Below are positions 36,073 to 51,921 of a stretch of DNA of 64,000 nt, piece after piece. The notes below the pieces were generated by a model that saw only the letters and a program-made list of their open reading frames with translations, was not told where the DNA came from and did not search any database. Within the stretch, counting starts at the first letter, position 1. Each line of letters begins with the position of its first letter. Made by a program: the position numbers and the translations under genes. Source of the stretch: Kudoa neothunni (Eukaryota > Animalia > Cnidaria); the NCBI GenBank assembly GCA_964304625.1, contig OZ199838.1, positions 14,386,261-14,450,260 on the forward strand, read 5' to 3'.

Positions 36073-38889
36073 GCTTGATCTCATTCCGAAAAATCACAAG
36101 ATTTTCTGAATTTTTTTAGTTTTTTAAAATAAAGTTTTATTATTTGAATATTACTACTCAATCGTACAATTTTTTATTCGACTATTTAATTTTAAAAATT
36201 AATCAATGCTTAAATATAAAAATATTGGATAATGGTATATCCTGTGAATACGAAAATTCACTGTGATCGAGCATGTTTTTTGCAGTAAATTATTCTCTGT
36301 TATTTATTACATAAAAAAGAATATAGATTTATAAAAAAAGAATTAGATCTAAATTTCAATATTTACTGGGTTATAATCATCCGTTTGAGTATTTAAATTG
36401 GTTTATGTTTGGTGTAAAAACAAAGTCACCCTTTAAGACTGGTTGAAACTACAATGGAGACCATTTTTCGTTTGGATCCAATAAATCTATTTTTATATTT
36501 AATTTCTCTTAATATAATGGTCTAAATGAATAAATATTCAGAGAGCTTTATAAAACAAATAATAATGTTAATTTTTATCTTAAAGGTTAAAACATTCTAT
36601 TTAACTATTCCTAATACATCGAAAATTTGTTAGTTCCATTATCATTATTAATTTTTTATAAATTTTAGTTTTGCCGTTTTTTCGAAATTTAAGTTTATTT
36701 TTAAGATTTACTTGATACATATGTGGGTTTCAATTTCAATGTAAGTAATATTTAAAAAATTAAAACCACTATCAATTTAATTATTATAATAAGATCTAAG
36801 GATGTTTAAACACGTTACGTTTATTAATAAGTGAATTTATTATATAAATTTTATTAGAATGTATGTTAACATATACAGCGAATAACTGGTTTCATACAAT
36901 TCCTTGAGCACCGCAGGTAAAGTGTGCCAAATTGATAATGTTAATTTTTACACTATCATTAATGCGCTCATGAATTAATATTCATCGTTATCTAATAAAA
37001 TTGAACAGCAAATTTTTCATGAAGAAAATTATTATTTATATTATAACTAAAAAAATTTGTTGAAATAATTTGAAATATGTCTTCCCAACATCGCAAATAC
37101 GATCAATTTGCGGATTATTGCCTAAATTGTCGAATATTTTCAACCTTTTTAATAAAATAACCAATTGAAGTAAATGAATTATTGTTTTAATATTTTTAAT
37201 AGATTAAACGCCTCTTTAAGGATGATTGTTAAACTATTTTATAATGTCATATTTATATTAAATCATTCTGCTATTATATTTAATTATAAAAATCATCTAA
37301 TAAAATTTCACTAATAAAAAAACAAACGCGACGACAAAAATGTGTATTAAACAGATAGTCGCGTGACTAAAGTTAATGTAATTTTTTGAACTAAATATAT
37401 TATTTTGATCCAAATTCATTAATAAATATTTAAAAAGTTATATATATATATATATTATAAATTCAAATATTCAAATCGCATTACTTATAAAAAGTGCATA
37501 AAATCAGATGTGCAGTTATATACGATCGCTGAATGTATAATATCAATGCATCTAATTTTATTAAGGTGTAAATAATATACTAAATTTTACGAACCATTAA
37601 TCATTGAAAATATTTAATTTATCAAAACAAATAAATTAAACTGACCGAGATAAATCTAGAATCAATAAGAAAAATATTGTTTTGAATCATGTGTTTATGT
37701 AAAATTCTTTCCTAATTTTATCATTTAACAAGGTTTTATGCTATATTGACGAGTGAAAAATCCAATTGACCCCAAAATGGATTAAAAATATCTTCTATCG
37801 CAGAGATGGATGGAACGCGTGGCGACAATTAAAATAACGTTTCTCCATTATTCGAAATCAAACTCATCACATTCAGAATTTGTAATAAGCTTTATATAAT
37901 GTTTGTAATTAGTTTATAATTTATCACCGGTGTCGTTAAAATGATTAATATACGTTAAAATTCTCACGATCATATTCAGGTTGACAAGAAGATGTTATTT
38001 CATAGCTTTGTTTCACTTTAGATATCATTTCCTGTTGGTTGAATGAATATGAATCTTTATTTCACTGATATGATAAGACATCGGCTCTTAAATAATACAG
38101 ATGCTAGAGTCCACTATTTTTCAATGCAAGAACAAGTACATAATTTAATCCGGTGATGTTTCACTCAATTGTCACCGAAATAACCATGAATTTCAAGTTA
38201 TCCTTTTGCTTTTTCCTCTGATTAGTTTTTGATTACAGCTAAGTAGTAAATTTACAAAAAGAAATACCTTGGATTATTCTTTTAAAAATGTTCAACAAAT
38301 AAGACTCAACAACGTCATTTAGTTAATACTAGATTTTAGAAGTATATGATATTTTTATCAAGTATAATTACATAATTTAATCAAGGAATTAATCAAAATA
38401 TAGTAATCATACAGAAAAATGGTTAAACAACGCAAGATACTCATTAGTCATAAAATTTAAAAATAATAAAAAAACTTTGTAATATGAACAACTAATTTTA
38501 AGTAGAAATTTTTTTATAATTATTCTATCAACGTCAATGTTAAATTTAACATTCACATTGTCACGTTGATGAGAGCTAATGAAAATATACAAATAGAGGA
38601 AAACAATTCCAAAAATATATGGAAACTTTCCGCTTGTTATAAAATTTTTTATCAGAATGTTTACAACAAAATCTGCAGGCGTATATAAATTAATGAAAAG
38701 AAAATCAAGTTTACAATTTTTTGATTATTCGATTTTATGGAACTTAATGAAGTTAACTTTTTTGAAGGTTAGTTGTAATAACTTTAAAAAATTAGTTTTG
38801 AAAGTATAAATGGGATACAAAGAGTCACGTTCTCAACTTGTTAAAGTCGATTATCTATTTTGCCATGATCCCTTCTTATTCTACACTAA

Positions 38890-39540
38890 TGTTTCTTAAC
38901 GTGTGTCGTGGAACAATTTTGGTAATGCACATAAATTTGATAACGTTTAATGAACGTCCCTGGTGAGACAGAAAATTCTGAGCATTTGTGTGGTATTGAT
39001 GATGGTGAGATAATTGAGCAATGTGGGTAATTATTAAATCAGTACCCCCATTTTGATCTCGTTTATTTTTAAGTGACCATTAATATAAATAAACAATACC
39101 AAATGCAATGACTAATTATATACAAATATATAATAAGATTTACTTGGTCTCTATCCAAATAGAATCGGAATGGTTATAATCACAATCTTGTCTCATATAT
39201 AATCGTTATCTTGTTTTTGGTTTAACCTAATATAATATTTATTAATTTTCAATCTAGATTATTTCCGTTGGGTTTAAAACCCCCACAATATACATGAAAA
39301 TCTTGCTTGATGCGAGCTAGATATCAACGATTTCATTCGACGTTGTTATTGGCGGAATGAAGAACTAAAGATGTTAATTTTAAAGGTCTATCGATAAATT
39401 AAGTCGGATCTGATCGAATGAATCTCAGTTTCAATGAGAATAGGAATATATTGTTCATTATAAGTTTTAAACGTGATAAAAAGCTTGAATCAAACTTATA
39501 AGTAGTTCGAATTAAAAAATCAATGCTTTGGGAAATACTG
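38890..39540 (+). repeat. Unclassified dispersed repeat, copy 2
   Basis: Co-linear with 29100-29745 and with the reverse complement of 58490-58900. Confidence 0.65.
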
Positions 39541-40375
39541 ATCTACGCATAGTGTAATTATTTTTCCTAATTTACTATTAAAATCTAAACTCAATATGTA
39601 GATATATTTAAGAACCATTTACAGTGAAGCTTGTCGGCGCTGAATATAAAAATATTTTATTACAAACTGTCGGATTTTTAGATGTTATTAGGGGGCGTCC
39701 TCACCTTTATAATGTCACTAAAACTCTATGTCAAAGTCTACCTCACAATATAAAATAAAAAAAACTGATAAGTCCTTTAAAAAATCTTTTTGGTTTGTGA
39801 ATTATTTGGCTTAAATATAAACTAGCCATAATATTTAATTCAACTTAGTCAATGACAGAAACAGTTAAAATAATCTATTTTCTAGTTATTTATTTCGTAG
39901 AATGAAAATTTTAAAAAGGAATCACTTTAGTTACATTTAAAACCGAATGTGTTAGAGGTGACAGAAAATATCTTTAGTCGAACAAAGAAGATATACATTA
40001 CACATAAACATTTGGATGAATTGAGGCGAATTTAAAAAAATTTATACTATTAAATACAAAAATATAACAGATGAATAGTGAAAACAGTTTAATGATTGGT
40101 AGGAGGCAATTGGATGCACTTCAAATAAATGGAATAAAATAACATTAAAACGAAGTTCGATAGTTTATTCAAATGCTTCACATGAAAGTAATCCACTTAA
40201 CAGGTATAAAGCATTGACAAATTAATCACCAAGGACTGAACCTCTAAAACCGACCCTTAGTGGTATGATACGATATTGACCGACCCCCAATCGGCTAATA
40301 CTCTATAGTTGAAGTGCTGTTTGATCATTTTTAAAAGCTCCTTATTGTTTCCACCACAATTGACTACAATAACTT

Positions 40376-41253
40376 ATGGACATATCAAAATTTAAGATAT
40401 TAAAACCATTTGGAAACGATAAATATGATTATCTATTCAAAATATTGATTGTTGGTAGTTCAGGAGTGGGGAAATCATCGCTTTTGTCGCGTTTTTCCAA
40501 CAGCGAATTTAGAATAGATTCTAAAGCGACAATTGGTGTCGAGTTTAGCACCAAACTGATACAGATTGATGATAAGATAATTAAAGCACAGGTTCATTTT
40601 CATTGATTTTATCGACTGAAGTTATTTATGTGTTGATATCAACTCATTTCAAATAGATATGGGACACAGCAGGACAGGAGAGATTCCGAGCGATTGTCAG
40701 TTCGTTCTATAGAAGTGGAGTAGGTAGGTTTTTTTATTTATAAATGAATTTAACGCTGCATTTGTTATTGTAGGTTGTTTAATGTGTTTCGATCTGACCA
40801 ACACTCAATCTTATATCGATGTGGATAAGTGGTTGGATGAGATTACAAAGTATTCTAACACTTGCGATATCACATTCGGCGATAATAGTACAATTGTGTT
40901 GGTGGGCAACAAAACCGATCTTAGACATTTGCGTGTGATTTCTGCTGATGATGCTCGCATGGTTGTCGAGAGAAGGGGCCTTGCCGACTATATCGAAACA
41001 TCAGCTGCCGATACCACCAACGTGGAGGAAGCTTTCTTACGTGTAATTTAATCGCCATATATTTGTCAAATTCAATTTTTTTATCTCCCATGGTTGATAG
41101 GTTATTGCATTGGCATATCAGCGTCATGGCGAAAAACAAAAAAATCAAGAAAATTCAACTTTTTCTCATGAAAAAGATATGCCTTCCCGAAGTCGTCCAT
41201 CGGTTGTAAATCTTAAAAACAAAATCAACAAATCAAACTCTAGCTGTTGCTAA
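40376..41253 (+). CDS. RAB11: Rab11-family small GTPase (4 exons)
   Basis: YDYLFKI...[50 protein letters not shown] and C-terminal CC*. Introns 40592-40656, 40724-40773 and 41043-41100. Confidence 0.95.
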
Positions 41254-42599
41254 ATTTTTGTATTTTTTATTATTTACAAGAAATTTATTAGGTTATTATT
41301 CTTTGCGCAATATCATTACTGTAGGACTCGTATGCAACACAACAGTAGGATAAATTAAACCTTATTGATTATTTAGAATAGAATACTTTTACTCATGATA
41401 CTCCCAAAAACCGTGCGGCATTTATTATATTTTAATTTTGTTTCCTAGTGCTCAATGATTCATATATTAAAAATAAGACTTTAATTTTAATTTTTAAATA
41501 AGTTTTAATAGTCCCAAGTAATTTCCAAAGAATAATATTTGACTCGAAATTTACTCGAGATATTAGTTGAAGGTTTTGGGTGATTAGCAATATTATTTTA
41601 GTTATCAAACTATATAATCACACTATTTTGTATTCTTCGGAAGAGTTTATGTAGATTTTTAGTAAAGTCGAAACTACTGGTTAAAATTAATTTTAAAATA
41701 TGTTATATAAACTTTGCTTATTGGATCGTATTCTGCCTTAAACTATGTTAGATTAAGCTATGGCTACTATAATAACTGTGGTGGCAATAAGTTATCTAAA
41801 AGTTAAACTTTAAAGATATGATAAAAATTAAGTAGTATTTATGAATGGATTTTAAATGATACTGAAAAGTTCCAATATACTCGGTGGAATATAAAATATT
41901 TTTATATGTTGTATCGCCATCTTCATACTTTAATAATATATTATCTAATTTGTCAATTTTTGGGAGATAATAAATTTAAAATAACGGAACTTTTTTGTAA
42001 GAAAACATTTATTTTCTATCACTTTAAGCTAAAAATTAATTATTTTTATTTATGAATGTAAATAATATTTCTTTGAATGTTAAACAAATCGCAACACAAA
42101 TTTTGATTTCAATCAATTACAATAATTCAACAAAAGTACGAAAGTTCATTAACATGTGGTAATAACTTTTTACATTGAATGGTACGGATTTTAATATTTT
42201 GGTGATTATAAAAAATGAGGTTACCATTTTTAATTGAGTAAACTAGGAAATTACATAAGTATGTCAAATCACGTGACAATCTGAAAGTAAAGCAAATTTT
42301 TCGGCGAATCATGTAGGTTTGTAGGTGTTCTCGATATTGCGTAATTTATTGGGATCAAATAAAAAATAATTAAATATCGAGAACCTTCGAACTCATATAA
42401 TTAATTTTCAAATAAATTCATTAAATTTAGATTATCTTATTTTTCATTTTAAGATATTGTCTTCGTCTATTAAAGGTCACATATCAAGCAATTCCATGTT
42501 TTTGTTGTCTTAGGCATATATTTATGATTGAATTAATTGCATAATACTATACAGAAATTTAGAATGTTTCATCATTCTCCTCAAATTTATACTCTTCAT

Positions 42600-44060
42600 C
42601 AGGTTCTCAAACTTCAGTTAGTTTTGTTGGATATGTTCCTTAGTTTTTTTTGTTTTTAACCTTGCTTTCTTTCTTTATAGTATGATATCAGTTTAGTTAT
42701 CTAATAAAAGGATTACTGAGATAAATGCCACAAAATATTTTTAACCTTAAAATAGTCTGCATTTTCAAAGATTCGCAGCTGAGTAATCTTTGACAAAACA
42801 TAATTCCATATTTACGTATTTACATATTTAAAATGAAAGTTCATGGTTCTTAGTATGCTTTTTGAGGTTTAAATTCATTATTTTAAGCCAAATTTATTAA
42901 TTACGAGCAAGTTAATCTAGTTTATTACAATATATGATGTATAATATCATTGAAATAGTATTCCATTCATAAAATATCCGATTAGATACTTCCTTTTATA
43001 TTATGCATCACAACATTTTACCTATGGTTGATGTCGCATATAATTTGAAACACTAAAAAAAGACTGAGATATTTTAGAATGTGATACAAACATATTTGCA
43101 AAGCTGCAGTTGGAAAAATTTGTTTTACGACTTTTCGTTCAATTATGTCTTTATTTGTAAGAAAGACTTTTGTGTTAGTTTCCATTATTAAGTTGTGTGT
43201 TTTTATTGTTTTAGTAAGCCAATGGAGAACTTTTTCGGTTTTTTCTACAAGTATTCCGGTCGTTGCTATCGCGGCTGTTCCCCTAGAGACTATAATTGCA
43301 ACAAAATACACAGGAGCCCTGAACTCTAGTAGCTTGTAGGTAGCATCGATAAAAATAATTTCTGGTAATGCTTCGAGGATTTTGTTCATGTTTAAATCAT
43401 GAAAAAATAAACCTTTAAGTCTCTTCCATTTTCCAGTATTCATATACACGTATTTTATTTCTTTTTTGGAGTTTGGAAAAACTCTACATTCGTTGAGTGG
43501 GAATCCATTGAATACTTCATGCTGGTTAATTTTTTTAGATAAATAAACTTCCTTCTCATGAAACAATTTATTTTGGATAACCTTTGAATCTCCGCTAACT
43601 TCTAAAAGTTAAGAAATAAAATCAACTTTATCTTTAGTTAATTTTTTTATTTAATAACAAGTTTGATGAGAAAAGAAGGAATCATTATTATGTGAAAGTT
43701 TGGGGGATTTTGACACAAGCTTTTCTCCGTCAGTATCTATTGAAAATTTCAAAAACATAGGGCATCCTTTAGAATGAGAATTTGGGTTTTTTGCCAGATC
43801 GTTATCTCTTAAATAATAAACAATATTACTGTAAATATTCATACATATATTAAGTTTTTGAAAAATTTCCGATTTTTCAATCATGAATACAACGGTATTT
43901 TATCTAGTAGTATTGAATAGCTAGATTTAATAAGCTATCACATCGCTTCTTTGCAGTTTCAATAGTTTTAGAATCTGATATGGATAAACCGTGCGCGTCA
44001 TTTAATTTGAATTCCTAATTTTCAATTTCGGTTCTTCGAAACTGTTAAATGAAACTTCAG
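42600..44060 (-). mobile_element. Mutator/MULE (ZSWIM3-like) transposase pseudogene
   Basis: FNSFEE...DSKTIETAKKR N-terminus, GCPMFLKF..., then MULE core PEIIFIDATYKL...FLT.KD..ER......FP.AALQICLYHIL. Fragmented. Confidence 0.75.
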
Positions 44061-45642
44061 TGTTGAAGAAAATATTTTCAGAAATAATATTATTAAGGCT
44101 TGTGTTATTCCCTTTGGTATTCATTCCGCAGACACATTAAGAATTAAAATCACAAGTTTTCTACTATAATCAGATATTTCGGGATATAACAATTCCAGTG
44201 TTTCTATTATTAGTGTTAACGTAGAAATATCTTATTTGTATACAATGATTTTTATTTACAATAAAATAAAATTTTTGTCAATACGAGTTTTAAGTAAACG
44301 TGTAAACGTTCATTTAAATCCGAAAATACACATATTGAATAATAAGTAATTCAAAAATATAATAAACCGATTTTTACGGGTCAATAAACACTGTCTTCTG
44401 ATTAATCCACTGTTTGAATTAATATAATTCCACGATAAATGTTTTTAACGAAACATACGGCGATTTTGAAAAAGCACAATATCAAAAGTTTGAGTATGTT
44501 TCTCTGCGTGAATAAGGTTATCTTATCTACGGGGATAAAAATCTTTCTATTTTGTTTTAAAAACCTCAAAAATAAATCATTCAAAATCATAAAAAACATA
44601 AAAATTTAAAGGAGAGTGTAATTCCATCAGTCGTTGAAAATCATTTATTTAATTTATTAATCTCAACAAAAAGAACTTTACCCTCTCATGGAAACAATCT
44701 TGGTGTCGTCCCAAAATTTTTATAATACTTACGTAAATATATAATTCGAATCGTTCTACTTATTCAACAATTTTTTTAAATAGAGCGTATTATCCAAGTT
44801 CTTTATATTATGGGGGGTAATAATGAAAATTATATTTGAGAAGTTAAATGTCAATTGGTAGAAATTCACAGATGTCTCATCACTCCTCTGTATATGTAAC
44901 TTAATACTCATGGACTGAAAAAAACCTGTGAATATGAAAATCAAATTGGAATTTCACTGGAAACTTTGATACCAGTGTTCGTAGAGTAGAGTTGTGAAAC
45001 TTTACTAATTTAGAACTTTAGAATGCAGGATATATTATCTTTTTCCTTCATCTCAACCAGCAGGTTGTTTCGAATGGTTTATATTTTCATCTGTTTAAAT
45101 CCTCAGTCGTTTCAATATTTAAATTTGAATTTAATTTTCATGTTGTTTTAAAAATTAGATCTAAGATCGAATCACCAACCTTAAATTATTGGGATTACAA
45201 TATAATATGCATCCTTCACTTGGCAAGTTAAAATGATTCGCAATATTGGCTTTCTAACGTTCCATTAATTTATAGAATTGTTTATTTCCACCTTAACTCT
45301 CTACACCTACTTCTAGTTTTTGTTTAGTTCAAGTAAATAAAACGAAAAGTACAATTCAATAATTATTTGATTTAAGTAGGGAAAATCGAGATTTTGCTGT
45401 AAAATAGAAAACTTTAACAACAATTCAATGAAAAACTACACCACACATTTCACGACTCAACAAAACACCTCATTCAATGATTCAATGATATGAAACAACA
45501 AAGTTGATTAGGTAAAAATATGAAAAGTATAGGCGTAACAAAAGATTCCGGAATAAAATTTGGCATTGGATTAGAGATACAATTGCAGAATGAAAGCGAC
45601 GATGAATGATGGTCACACGCTAGCTAGCAATATCACACAGTC

Positions 45643-48600
45643 TTATATGTACAATTTGACTAATTCATCGGCACCACCAGTGATCATGTGTGGATGTGTG
45701 GAATGGAAGCAAAGTGTATTCACACCTGAGTGGTGTTTCACGCGATGAGGAGGTACATCTTGATAACAGGAGTAGTTATTGCTCCACATGTGGATGGATC
45801 CATTGGCTCCTAAAAGCGCAAAATAAATAGTTCAATGTGGTAATTTATTTATTTTGATAATCAACTATATCAATCAAAAAAATAAAAACCTGCAGTAGCT
45901 AGAAAAGTTCCAGAACAACCATTACCAAACGAGAGTGCAGTGATAGGTGCGGGATGAGCGATAAAATCATTGACAAATTGGCCTATATGTGGACAATCAA
46001 TCATAATGTCAAAACATCAAACTCTTCGTTATACCGGAAGTGAGATCGGTAATTCGGACCTGATTGTGGCCCCATCCAGTGGCATAAATGTTCATCGAAG
46101 GATGCACTGAAGAAGATTGGATGAGACCGCTTGAAGAAGATGCAGTTGGAGTGTAATTGTCGGCGAGTCTAAGCTCGAAAACATTTTTGCGGCTATTTAC
46201 ATCATACAACGTGATGGCGTCAGCAGCAGATATAACAAGTTTGGAATGATCCGAAGGCAGGAAATCGGCGGAAATAACGCCCATTTGGTTGTCTCCGTTG
46301 GAATCTACATGACATGGTTGATTATTGATTATTCAAAACAATAATTATCTATTGTTAAATGTTACTTTTAATAACAAAGGTGTCAATGGCTACAGTTGAA
46401 TCCGGTTTCCAAAACGATAACACTCCATCCGCAGATGCAGACAAAAGTGTGTTTGATGAATGACTATGACTCAAATACCAAATTGCTTCTTGGTGTGCCT
46501 TGTATTGGCACATCAAAGAGCCGTTGTTCAGCACATTCCAGACGAGAATGTTACCATAGCAATCAGAAGTATAAAGACAATCGCCAATTGCATTAAACAA
46601 ACAGTACAACACAGGGTGTCTACAAAAATGGATTAAATTAAGTTATCAATAAAAAATATTATCAACAAATATAATTTTAATATGTTAGAACTCAAAAATA
46701 TCTTAAAAATACGACATTCGAAACAAGTTGATTTGATTTAATACATAATTAGAAATAATAAATTAGCACAGCTACAGCATCAACTCAATAAATTTAATAA
46801 CACATGCGTGCGCAAACTTACTCATGTCCTCTCAGAAATTGGGTGGGATACATGTCTGACCTAACATAACAATTTTAAACATCTAATGGCGCATGCACAC
46901 AATTTAACATACTTCAGCTTGTCATTGTAATACCATAGACCAACCAATCCATCTAGAGAAGCCGAGGCAGCCATTTTATCCTTGGGATGGAGATTGACGC
47001 ATGAGATTGAGTCGTTATGCCTATACAGAATATAATTAATTACTTACAATAGAAAATGTCTATTACCCTCTCAACACGCTATTAATACTCCAATGCTTTT
47101 GAACAGTTGCACTCTTTAAATCAGCGCTAATCTATATCATAACAGTCAATAAATGCACATTGACCAACCAATAGCAAAGAAACCTCATCATTGCTGGTAC
47201 TCAGAAGGTTGGATGAATCATCATGTGACGATATCAAACTATCGATATCATTGAGAATACCAAGATCCACTCCAGAATAGTCAGTTGACAATGCTTCGGC
47301 ACCAACTGAAGATGAGACATTTGAAGACAACGATCCAAGGTCATCGCTGGATGTGACGCCACTAACCTCATTGCTGCCAATGTTGAATCGTTTAGCCAAT
47401 ATGTCCAGTTTGGATTCGAAGACATTGTTCAAGTCGTTATTGTCATTATACGAAATGGTTGGTTTGGAGAGTGGATTGGTCACAGCAGGATGTTCAGACT
47501 TTTTCGACACACTACTAATACCAGAATGAGTGTCTTCGGTAAAACTGAGCATGTCTATCTTCATTCGGGAAGGTTTTTTGGAGCTGCTTTTTTTACGCAC
47601 CACACCACCACTAGCCACAGCAGCAGCCGCCTGAGCGATAACAGACGTCAATCCCACATTACTAGATAGTTGGGCGAGTGAGGCTGAACTGGAGTTGTCT
47701 GTATTATCATTGAAATTCATTATATCAATGCTATCGTCGGCGTCATTGTTGGTGGTGGGATTGGTTGAGTAGTTACCAAGAGAATTCAAAAGATCAAACA
47801 GATGATTACTAGGATCAGCTGAGTGAGAATCATTTGGCAACCTCATTCCTGTACCCTCTGAACTGTTGTAATTGGAATTGTTGACGCTGGATTCAGTTTT
47901 CGAACTGATGGACCTCTCAAGATCATGCTCATGCTCATAGTCATAGGACTTGGAAGATGACGAATCTCGTAGACGATCACTAGCTGTTTGTTTGAGGCCT
48001 TTCTTCAACTCATTCAAAAACTTCGAACCCTCTTCTCGAGACATTGGTTTGGTGACTAGTGGATTTTTTCGAATCCCCATGACCAAATGTTCGACTATAA
48101 TTGGCGGAATCGTAACCAGATAAAGAGAATTGGGAGAATTCAGGCATGCCTGCAGATATAGTTGTTCCAGGTGATGTTCGTAATAGGTATTCGACCGCTC
48201 TGTTATCACTCTCACCTTTGCATTGGATCGCTTCATCGATGGTTTGTATTTCTTTGAGATACTGCTGGAGTAGATGTCGACCTCGTTTAACCTGTTCATG
48301 AGTGTAAATCGATTTGGGAGGTTGGTAGTCATTAATGGAGGCAGATTCATCGATAATAGATTCGTTGCCAAATTTCTGTTGAGATCTTGCCACCAACAAC
48401 GCAGATTCCAACATTTTAATTCGTTGAAGAAGTTCGTTGTTGGCATTCGCGTAAGACTTGAGACGACCTTCTATCATGGCAATTTTGGCTTCGTATTCAG
48501 CTTTCTCAGCCAACCATCTACATCTCTCTGTTTCGTGTTTTCTCCATTCCAAATGAAGTGTGGTCAACATCTGACCTATACCAGCCTGTTTTGGGGGCGA

Positions 48601-48780
48601 AGGAGTGATGGTGCTGTTCACTTGGTTGGTGTTGAACATGAGACCAGCTGTGCTCGATTCATCAAATCGACTTTCTTTCAAGCCAAACTTCAAACCACCA
48701 CCTATTGATCTTCCGCCAAATACAACACCATCCAATGAGTCGGACTGATTGCTACTACTATCGTTGGTGTTATTCATCAT
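45643..48780 (-). CDS. STRN: Striatin-family protein (coiled coil + WD40 repeats)
   Basis: Striatin N-terminal motif LHLEWRKHETERCRWLAEKAEYEAKIAMIEG...NNELLQRIKMLESAL and GRHLLQQYLKEI, a long Ser-rich linker, then WD40 exons (LRGHNDSI, FLRGH, AHQEAIW, AHPAPIT, PHRVKHHSGV) ending GADELVKLYI* at 45643. Confidence 0.9.
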
Positions 48781-51700
48781 GGGTCAATGTCGAAATTGTA
48801 TAGTTAAGCGTATTTCAACCCAACCAACCAATAATAATATGTTTCTAATGTGTCGGAATAGATTTTCACCTTTTTTCAAGTGTACGTTGTTATATCAATC
48901 AAACAACAATTAGTCTGTCAATCGTTGCCGTGAAGGAAACAAGGTTTGGAATTATCCGAGCGAATACATACGAAAACGCATGCGAAGCAGCTTATCTACT
49001 ACAACTAATGCTTGTGAATGATATCTAGCCTTAACAGTCAAATATACACACGCTCAATAATTTCCACATCATCACATAAACCATATACAATAAAAATACA
49101 ATCCAATACTATCAATACAGGTTTCAACTTGTATATTCTATGATTTGTTGATATTGTCGAGTCCAACATTTTTTTCGATTAATTGAGCCATTTTTTCAAA
49201 TTTTAACACCTTTAATGCTTCTATTAGTTTTTTTATGTCTTCACTAAATAAATTAAATTATTATACAGTTGTATCTCGCAGTGGTTGGGAAATGATCGTT
49301 GTTTTAACTCAAAATATATCAATTATTTGACCAAAAGTATGCAATTTAAGATAAGATATAACGGTCTTTTTTAAAAAGTTACAATAACACAGAACCATTG
49401 TTGAACTAATATTTGAAATTACTAAGTGGATAAGTGATCCAACTTTTAGCTGCTTAGGGAGCATAAATCTATCAGACTCAATTTAAGAACCGTTATTCTG
49501 TATTCTATCACAGTAGTTCATAATAAGTGTGCTTGGATTGAATTTTATAATAATAAAACAGTCGATTGAAGTTATGAGTAACATTAATATATGTAGTTAC
49601 TGGCTATTAACTACATGTATCTTATTCTGCGTGTTGCTAATTGGCATTATATTACACAGAAATCAACAAATTTAGTTTCACAATAAGCTTATTATGTATT
49701 TATTTTTATACTCAGGTGTGCCAACAAATATATTCCATTAATATTTTACGTAATGACAGATAGATATTAAAAATTTATTTATAATGAGCAATTTAAGGTT
49801 TATTCGGTCAGTAATAACGCGATTATCGTAATTATAACTTGGAATTAAGAACTTAAATTCTAAATATTCACTTTAAAAATATTTATTTAATTTACAACAT
49901 ACTCAGTTTTAATTATCAGAAAGGTTGTGGTTGATACGATGTGTAAATACTCGGCGAAGTTGTCCGAAAAATCGGAAACACGTACCGAATATTAACAATA
50001 TGAGGAACAAGTAAGATTCTTAAAAAAGCTCCTTATAAATCCACTTAAAATTAAAATTACATGTTTACGTAAAACAATATCTTTTTTAGTAGTACTCTCT
50101 TCTAGAGTCAAACGAATTAAACTATTAGCTACAGAGCGTACATCCGTTTGATGTAATACATTAATTTTGTAATTAATTATTGTAAAAATAAATATAATTA
50201 GTAGATCTATGATAATTTCAAATAATTCTAAGGTAGCGCACCGTTTAATGGATTTATATTTCAAAGGTAACTCTTTTTGGATGTTAGAACAATTCAAACA
50301 ATATCGATTACTATGGTAATCAGTTTCCTTAGGAATATGTCATCTATATCAACTAAGACGTCAATAAACCAATTGTCATGATTATTAAAACATTTTTGTT
50401 TGGTGCTTAATCCACATTAAGACCTGTTTACTCTAGTGCCAAGTTTCATTCAAATTGATTGAAATATAAATTAGCCAAGGGTTCTCAAACACTTTTTTTA
50501 ATTAAAAACTCGACATGGTGAAGGATCCAAATTCGTATGTATTTTAAGGTTGTATATAAGTACTATTCGGCCACACCTCGAAAGAAAACTGACGTAAAAA
50601 TGGAAGAAACTGATAATAGTTCTATAAATAATTATTCCTAAAAACATTTTAAGCATATCTGCCAGCAGCTTAACTGAGATTAATAGCCCTGAATAATAAA
50701 ACTCCTTAGAAATCCTTAAGTACGTAACTAACCGCATTGTACAACAATTGCCCGCATCCAATTCTGATGTTATCTAATTTACTCCTGGTAGAGATGAGAA
50801 AACCATTTCATATGGCGATCACTGCGGCATTAAGGTAAAATTATTAAAACGATTCGTAATTTCAATCATGTTTTCACTCTATCGAGATTTCAATCAGTCA
50901 AGATGAAAACAAACTAACTTACTATCCTGAGTAACCTCAATGTATAATATGTAATTAAAATAAAATTTTAAATACAAACTATCTATTAGCAAATTATAAG
51001 AAGAAAATAAAACTATATTAAATCAACTACCAGTAAAAAATAGATTGATCATATTTATAGTAAGAAACTAATATTTTACAAAAATTACATCCAACTAGTT
51101 AATTTACATGAATTTCGACAGTAATTTTATGCAAAATAATTGTTTGATTTCAACATGTTTCTATGACGACGTAAATTAATTATCGCCTTAATGGAAAAAA
51201 TATAAATATCATGTCAAATAGTTATCGACACAATTATTTCTTCTAATTCAAAATATTACATTTCACTTGTAAATAGATAACTTGGATATATTAATTGGTT
51301 AATTATGAATACAGTAATTATCATCATTATCAATCCTATTAAAATTACTTTTATTTGATTAATTTTAATACTACGCTTTTAATTAATTTAATGTGTTTCC
51401 ATAGTAACAACCATTCTTCGTCTATTCATTAATTAATGTTAATTATTAAAATTTTTATTGTAAAATTAATATTTTTAACATTAGGCATGCTCAGAAACTT
51501 TCATTTAAGTTATGTTAAGATAAATTAAATTAAATTTATTAAATATTATCTTAATTGATTTGAAGTTTTGATGTGTTCATTAGGTAAAATTTTTTATCCA
51601 ATTAGATAATACGTAATACTTAAAGCATTTTGCGAATTTTCAAAATTATCATATTTATGTGATTTATTAATTGGAGAACAGAGGAGACAATAAATAATTT

Positions 51701-51921
51701 AAATGAAAAATAATTTTTTTTAAAGATATCAAATTAGAATTTATTGTTAAATTCTAATCCTTTATAAACTGTGATTTCAAGTTAATAATTAACAATATCA
51801 TTTAAAATATAATAAAACTGAACGTTAAAAAAATAAATATATTAAATGATTTATAAATAAAAATTAATTTATTAAATTAAATGTGAGCTACACATTGCAA
51901 CAAGGCTATAAAATAATTTTT

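Noticed and set aside
37900-38200. Minus-strand EGF/DSL-like fragments (HGYFGDN*, YEITSSCQPEY)
   Set aside because: Too short and stop-interrupted to support a gene call.
49990-50830. Minus-strand ORFs of 101 and 87 aa
   Set aside because: No recognisable motifs or coherent splice model.
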